This document shows, in pieces, positions 35,611 through 39,614 of a stretch of 39,614 bases of DNA. Source of the stretch: Porphyridium purpureum. Its lineage: Eukaryota. The position numbers and the translations under genes are program-made. The notes under the pieces are model-generated. The model saw nothing but the letters and a program-made list of their open reading frames with translations. It was not told the origin of the DNA and did not search any database. Every line of letters starts with the position of its first letter. Within the stretch, counting starts at the first letter, position 1. The stretch is taken from positions 1 through 39,614 of the forward strand of contig VRMN01000036.1 of the NCBI GenBank assembly GCA_008690995.1. The letters are read 5' to 3'.

Positions 35611-36200
35611 GTCACTCTCCCAGGCGCCCGCGCCTCCTCGCGCACCTTCCCCCCGCCCCCGATCTTTCCCTCCGCACGCTCTCCTCACCCGCGCGCGCAC
35701 CAGCAGCGCCGCACCACCACACCCGCGTCCGCCCCTTCGTGATCCAACCCTCGCACGCACACCCTGCCGGACGCGGTACCACTCCGCGCTTCCCACGCGC
35801 TCCCGCTCGGCCGTGCACGCCCGCTCTTCCACCGCGCGCTCCTTCGTCTGCCGCTCACCTCCCCGCTGCCCCTCGCCCGCCTGTATTGCGCCGAGCATAC
35901 ACGCCCGCTCACGCGCGACCTCCGCTTGCGTGTCGCCGCTTTCTGTCTGCGCGCACGCGCTCACACCCACGCTGGCGCCACTCGCGACTCAGCACGGCGC
36001 GTTGCTGCGCGCACCGCTTTAGCGCTGGCGGTGGCGAGTTCCCGGCCATCACAAACACGGCTCGTTTACCTACGAACGCGCGCTCAGCAGCAGCACCCGC
36101 AGCGCGCGTGTTTCACACACAAAAGCAGAGATACGGTTCAGTGCGGCGTGCACCTTGCGCTGTACCTCACTGCCAAGGGGGTACGTATGTGCACTGTACG

Positions 36201-36231
36201 TGGGGTTGGGGGTTGGGGTTGGGGTTGGGGG
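36201..36231 (+). repeat. (TTGGGG)n-like G-tract repeat, five G4-5 runs
   Basis: TGGGGTTGGGGGTTGGGGTTGGGGTTGGGGG. Confidence 0.9.
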
Positions 36232-36616
36232 CGTGAGGCCGCCGCAGCAATTGGCCGTTGCGCGCCGGCGTGCAACTGCGATGCGCCCACGCGCCATTAC
36301 CGCGCGCGCAGCAGGGCGGCGGCGGGAGGGCGGAAGTGCGCGTGCATGCGCACGAGGCGTCGCGCCTCGCTCGCGCGTGGGTATATGAGTCATGCGCGTC
36401 CAAGAGGGGAGCCTCGAAGGCCCCGTGGCGTCGCCGGGAGCAGGCGGCCGACAGAACGCAAGGTGTGCGCTGAACGCAGAGGGGGTTTTGTTTTGGGTTG
36501 GCGCATAGCGGTGGATAGCAGAAGATAGTTGGACGCGAGAGACAGACCGCAGACCCGTGACGGAGCTTTGTACTGTGAGGTCGACGCCGCACGACGAACG
36601 ACCGAGATACAGGAGC

Positions 36617-37252
36617 ATGGCGAAACAGCGCCGCAAGCAGACCGGAACCGACACCGCCTTGTTCGTAGCTGCGACACTATTAATGTCTACCGGAGTGACG
36701 TTGTGGATCCTCGAGTTGACGGGATTCTCCGCCCTGAATACCCTTTTCCCCGCGGGGACTGTGCTCGCGCACCGCTCTTTTGCCGACGCGCTGTGGCAAG
36801 CTCTGCACGAGCTCAAAGTGGACTCGGTGCTAGTAGTCAAGGCAATTGGATTCTGCTCCTTTGCGCTTGCCTTTGGACTCTGCGCGACACTGCTGGTCGT
36901 GGCAGTGATCAAGGCGTCCGAGATGGACTTGGACATTGAAATGCAACCCGCAGGCGTAAAAGCCGGCTCGATAACCACAACAGGCCTCTCTAGACTCCGA
37001 GCGGTCGACTTGCAGGTCGTGCAGCTCGTGATGGCACAAATGGTTGCGTCCTACGCGTCGTGCCTGGCCGTGAATATGGCTCACTGTGCGACAACGGTCG
37101 CAGACTCGCTGCACCCACTCAACGCGGCGGGTGTGTTGCTTTCCTCTCCGCGACGAAACCGGCGCAGCAGGAAGTCTGTGCACTTTACACTACCACTGGT
37201 CCTGCAGGATGAGTATGAGAGCCCCGCTTCGACCTTTTGTGAATCAGTTTAG
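36617..37252 (+). CDS. Hypothetical membrane protein
   Basis: 211-codon ORF with 2-3 hydrophobic segments filling the gap between PP2A-A and CSB. Confidence 0.6.
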   Translation: MAKQRRKQTGTDTALFVAATLLMSTGVTLWILELTGFSALNTLFPAGTVLAHRSFADALWQALHELKVDSVLVVKAIGFCSFALAFGLCATLLVVAVIKASEMDLDIEMQPAGVKAGSITTTGLSRLRAVDLQVVQLVMAQMVASYASCLAVNMAHCATTVADSLHPLNAAGVLLSSPRRNRRSRKSVHFTLPLVLQDEYESPASTFCESV

Positions 37253-37353
37253 GCTCAAAACTGACAGGACTCCGCCCTTCTGTCTCTATATGTGCGCGCA
37301 ATAACGAACATCAAATATAAGTATGTGATTTCATCCAGGTGTATGCGCCCATG

Positions 37354-39614
37354 TCAGACACCCGCCTTTCTGGCCCACGCATCCGTCCGGAACTCCTTCA
37401 GTAGCTCCCATGTGCCGGCTCCAATAGCGCTGGTCTTCTGGATCGTGGCAATCCGCTTCAGCACAGCTTTCAAGACAGGCATCGTTGGGGGCTCGTTCTG
37501 CATCACCTCATCGCTAAATAAAACCCCGCTCCGCATCGCGCTGAGGATGTCGGTCGTCGATGCAGTAAACCTCATCTTGTGGAAGAAGCGCACGAGCGCT
37601 CGCACCACCTCGGTGTCTGTCCGCACAGTCTGCTGCATGCCTGTGCTCGTGAACCCACTGGCGCCAGTGCTCTGGCGCTTCAGCATTCCGACTAGCGCTC
37701 TCCCAGAACCATGCGAAGACGCGGCGGAGCCGCGCGGCAGCTTGCGCGGTCCGTTGTGGCTTCTGCTCACAGCTGCAGGATCGAACCCTGACAGGCCCGT
37801 AAAAGTGGGATTTGCCAGGCGATTGCTCGTTGCCTCAATCTGCTCCCGACTCGCTTCCAAGGCGCGCAGCGCTTCAGACGCAAACTTGGATGCCTCGTGC
37901 TCCATCAGCGCAAGGTCGCGTCCCTCGTGCTTTGTCGCGAATCCGAGAACGTCGTCGTGATTGATGGTGCTATGTACACCGCCGCCCTTGCGACGGCCAC
38001 GAGGCGAGTCGCCGCGCTCAAATAAGCTCCGCAGCAAGTCGCCATCTCCCTTGCCGGCCTCTGCTTCTTGTTTCCCGCCGGGCTCACCGTCAGCGCCGTC
38101 GGAGGGCGATAGAATCGAATGTGCATCAGTCACGATGTCCTCTTCTCCACTTTTTGGCGCACTATCGGGAAAGCCGTTCCGACCTGCTCTTGCTTCGAGG
38201 CCCACGATTTCCTTGGCGGCGCCACGGAACAGATCGCCCGTTTCAGTACCCGCTTCTTCATCCGTGCCTAATGCAAACAGGTCGCGCATTTGCTTGTGAC
38301 GGAACAGACGCCGCTGCTTGGGATCCGAGAGCACCTTTGCGCTTATAAACTGCTTGTAAATCTGCCGATGGTACATCTTTTCTTCGATCGTGCCGCTCGT
38401 GACAAGCCTCAGAATTGTCACGGGCCGCTTTTGACCGATGCGCCATGCGCGCTCACGCGCTTGCAAGTCAGTTGAAGGGTTCCAATCCGGATCAAAAATC
38501 AGCACACGGTCAGCACCAGTCAAGTTGATGCCCAGCCCACCCACCTTCGTGGTCATGAGCAGGACAAAGATGGACGAGTCTTCACTATTGAACTGGTCAA
38601 TAATCGACATGCGGTGATTCACAGGTGTCGTGCCGTCCATGCGTCGAAACGTGTATCTGCGCATGCCCAAAAAATCTTGCAGTACGTCTAGCATCATGCG
38701 GCTTTGTGAAAAGAGCAACACCTTGTGGCCATTCTCACTCCATGATTGCAAGATCTTGTCCAGTACGATCATTTTCCCGGACACACGCCATTCGTCCTCG
38801 ATACGTCCAAACTGAAGCTTGAAATTGGGGTCAATGTCATCATCTTGCTCACCTTCGTCAACGAACGCCCGCCCGAAAATGTCAGAACCAAAGCCTTGTG
38901 CGCTTTCTTCAATTTCCGAGTCGTCCTCGCTACCGTCAGGCCCGTCGAGCGTCCCCGACTTTTCCGCCCCCTGTAAAAGCATATTGGCAAGCGATGCGAG
39001 CTTGGGGTGGTTGCAGATCTTCCGTAATTCTATGATGGCCGCGAGCGACTTGTTTGCCTCGTCTCGGTTCAGCACAGACTGTACCAGCTTGCTATGTACA
39101 AACACTTCGTACAGCTTGCGCTGTTGTGCGGTTAGCCGGCAGAACACAATGTGCTCTGACTTTTTCGGCAAGTGCAGCGCCACGTCCGCTTTCACGCGTC
39201 TGAGCAGGTAAGGATCGATGATCTTCTTCAGCGTTTTTGCGCAATGGTATGCGATGTGTGTTTGAGTCGGCGACGCCGTCGTGTACGTGCCAAGCGCAAT
39301 GGGCACCGAAAATTGCTTCTCGAAAACGGGCAACGTGCCCAGCTTACCGGGGAAGATGAAGTCAAACAGAGACCACAATTCGCGTAAGCGATTCTGGAGC
39401 GGCGAGCCTGACAAAATTATGCGGTGCGGCGTGGCAAAACGTTTGCACACTTGCGTGATTTCGGCGTCCGGGTTACGGATCTTGTGTCCCTCGTCGAGGA
39501 TCACGTAGCTCCATGTTTGCCGCATCACCGCCACCGCCCGGCGCCTTAGGCCTTCGTAGCTTGTGATGACCAGATCCGACTCGGCCCACTCGTACTGAAG
39601 GCCGCTGCGCTCCC
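37354..39614 (-). CDS. ERCC6: CSB/Rad26 (ERCC6) SNF2-family ATPase, 5' end outside window
   Basis: WSYVILDEGHKIRNPDAEIT, WSLFDFIFPGKLGTLPVF, TTKVGGLGINLTGADRV, QARERAWRIGQ, C-terminal winged-helix-like tail. Confidence 0.93.
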   Translation of the reverse strand, partial: ERSGLQYEWAESDLVITSYEGLRRRAVAVMRQTWSYVILDEGHKIRNPDAEITQVCKRFATPHRIILSGSPLQNRLRELWSLFDFIFPGKLGTLPVFEKQFSVPIALGTYTTASPTQTHIAYHCAKTLKKIIDPYLLRRVKADVALHLPKKSEHIVFCRLTAQQRKLYEVFVHSKLVQSVLNRDEANKSLAAIIELRKICNHPKLASLANMLLQGAEKSGTLDGPDGSEDDSEIEESAQGFGSDIFGRAFVDEGEQDDDIDPNFKLQFGRIEDEWRVSGKMIVLDKILQSWSENGHKVLLFSQSRMMLDVLQDFLGMRRYTFRRMDGTTPVNHRMSIIDQFNSEDSSIFVLLMTTKVGGLGINLTGADRVLIFDPDWNPSTDLQARERAWRIGQKRPVTILRLVTSGTIEEKMYHRQIYKQFISAKVLSDPKQRRLFRHKQMRDLFALGTDEEAGTETGDLFRGAAKEIVGLEARAGRNGFPDSAPKSGEEDIVTDAHSILSPSDGADGEPGGKQEAEAGKGDGDLLRSLFERGDSPRGRRKGGGVHSTINHDDVLGFATKHEGRDLALMEHEASKFASEALRALEASREQIEATSNRLANPTFTGLSGFDPAAVSRSHNGPRKLPRGSAASSHGSGRALVGMLKRQSTGASGFTSTGMQQTVRTDTEVVRALVRFFHKMRFTASTTDILSAMRSGVLFSDEVMQNEPPTMPVLKAVLKRIATIQKTSAIGAGTWELLKEFRTDAWARKAGV

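Overview
Eukaryotic nuclear DNA that is gene-dense and almost intron-free, with 'MAF(V)'-type plastid presequences. It is most likely a unicellular red alga of the Porphyridium type (inference). The window has three zones. (1) 1-9.2 kb is a nest of mobile elements. It holds a minus-strand Ty1/copia-order LTR retrotransposon, a fragment of a third LTR, a broken gag-like gene and a catalytically dead Tc1 transposon. The retrotransposon's gag-pol ORF is split by a 306-bp solo LTR with an ACGGC target duplication. (2) 11.8-17.7 kb is a single, non-tandem minus-strand rRNA unit (18S-5.8S-28S). (3) 18.7-39.6 kb is housekeeping genes: YnbB/aluminium-resistance-family PLP enzyme, UFC1, CTC1-like, a Cys-rich membrane protein, GLTP, Hsp33, plastid GPAT, PPCS, TerC, LpxC, an EF-hand protein, PP2A-A, a hypothetical protein and partial CSB/Rad26. 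Main result: removing the solo LTR in silico restores one ~1681-aa ORF. It has gypsy-type Gag and protease, copia-type integrase and RT/RNase H, and a hidden Myb/SANT (telobox-like) domain at the integrase C-terminus. That domain is a candidate integration-targeting module in an element sitting beside a probably subtelomeric rDNA. All family calls come from motif recognition by eye; no searches were run.
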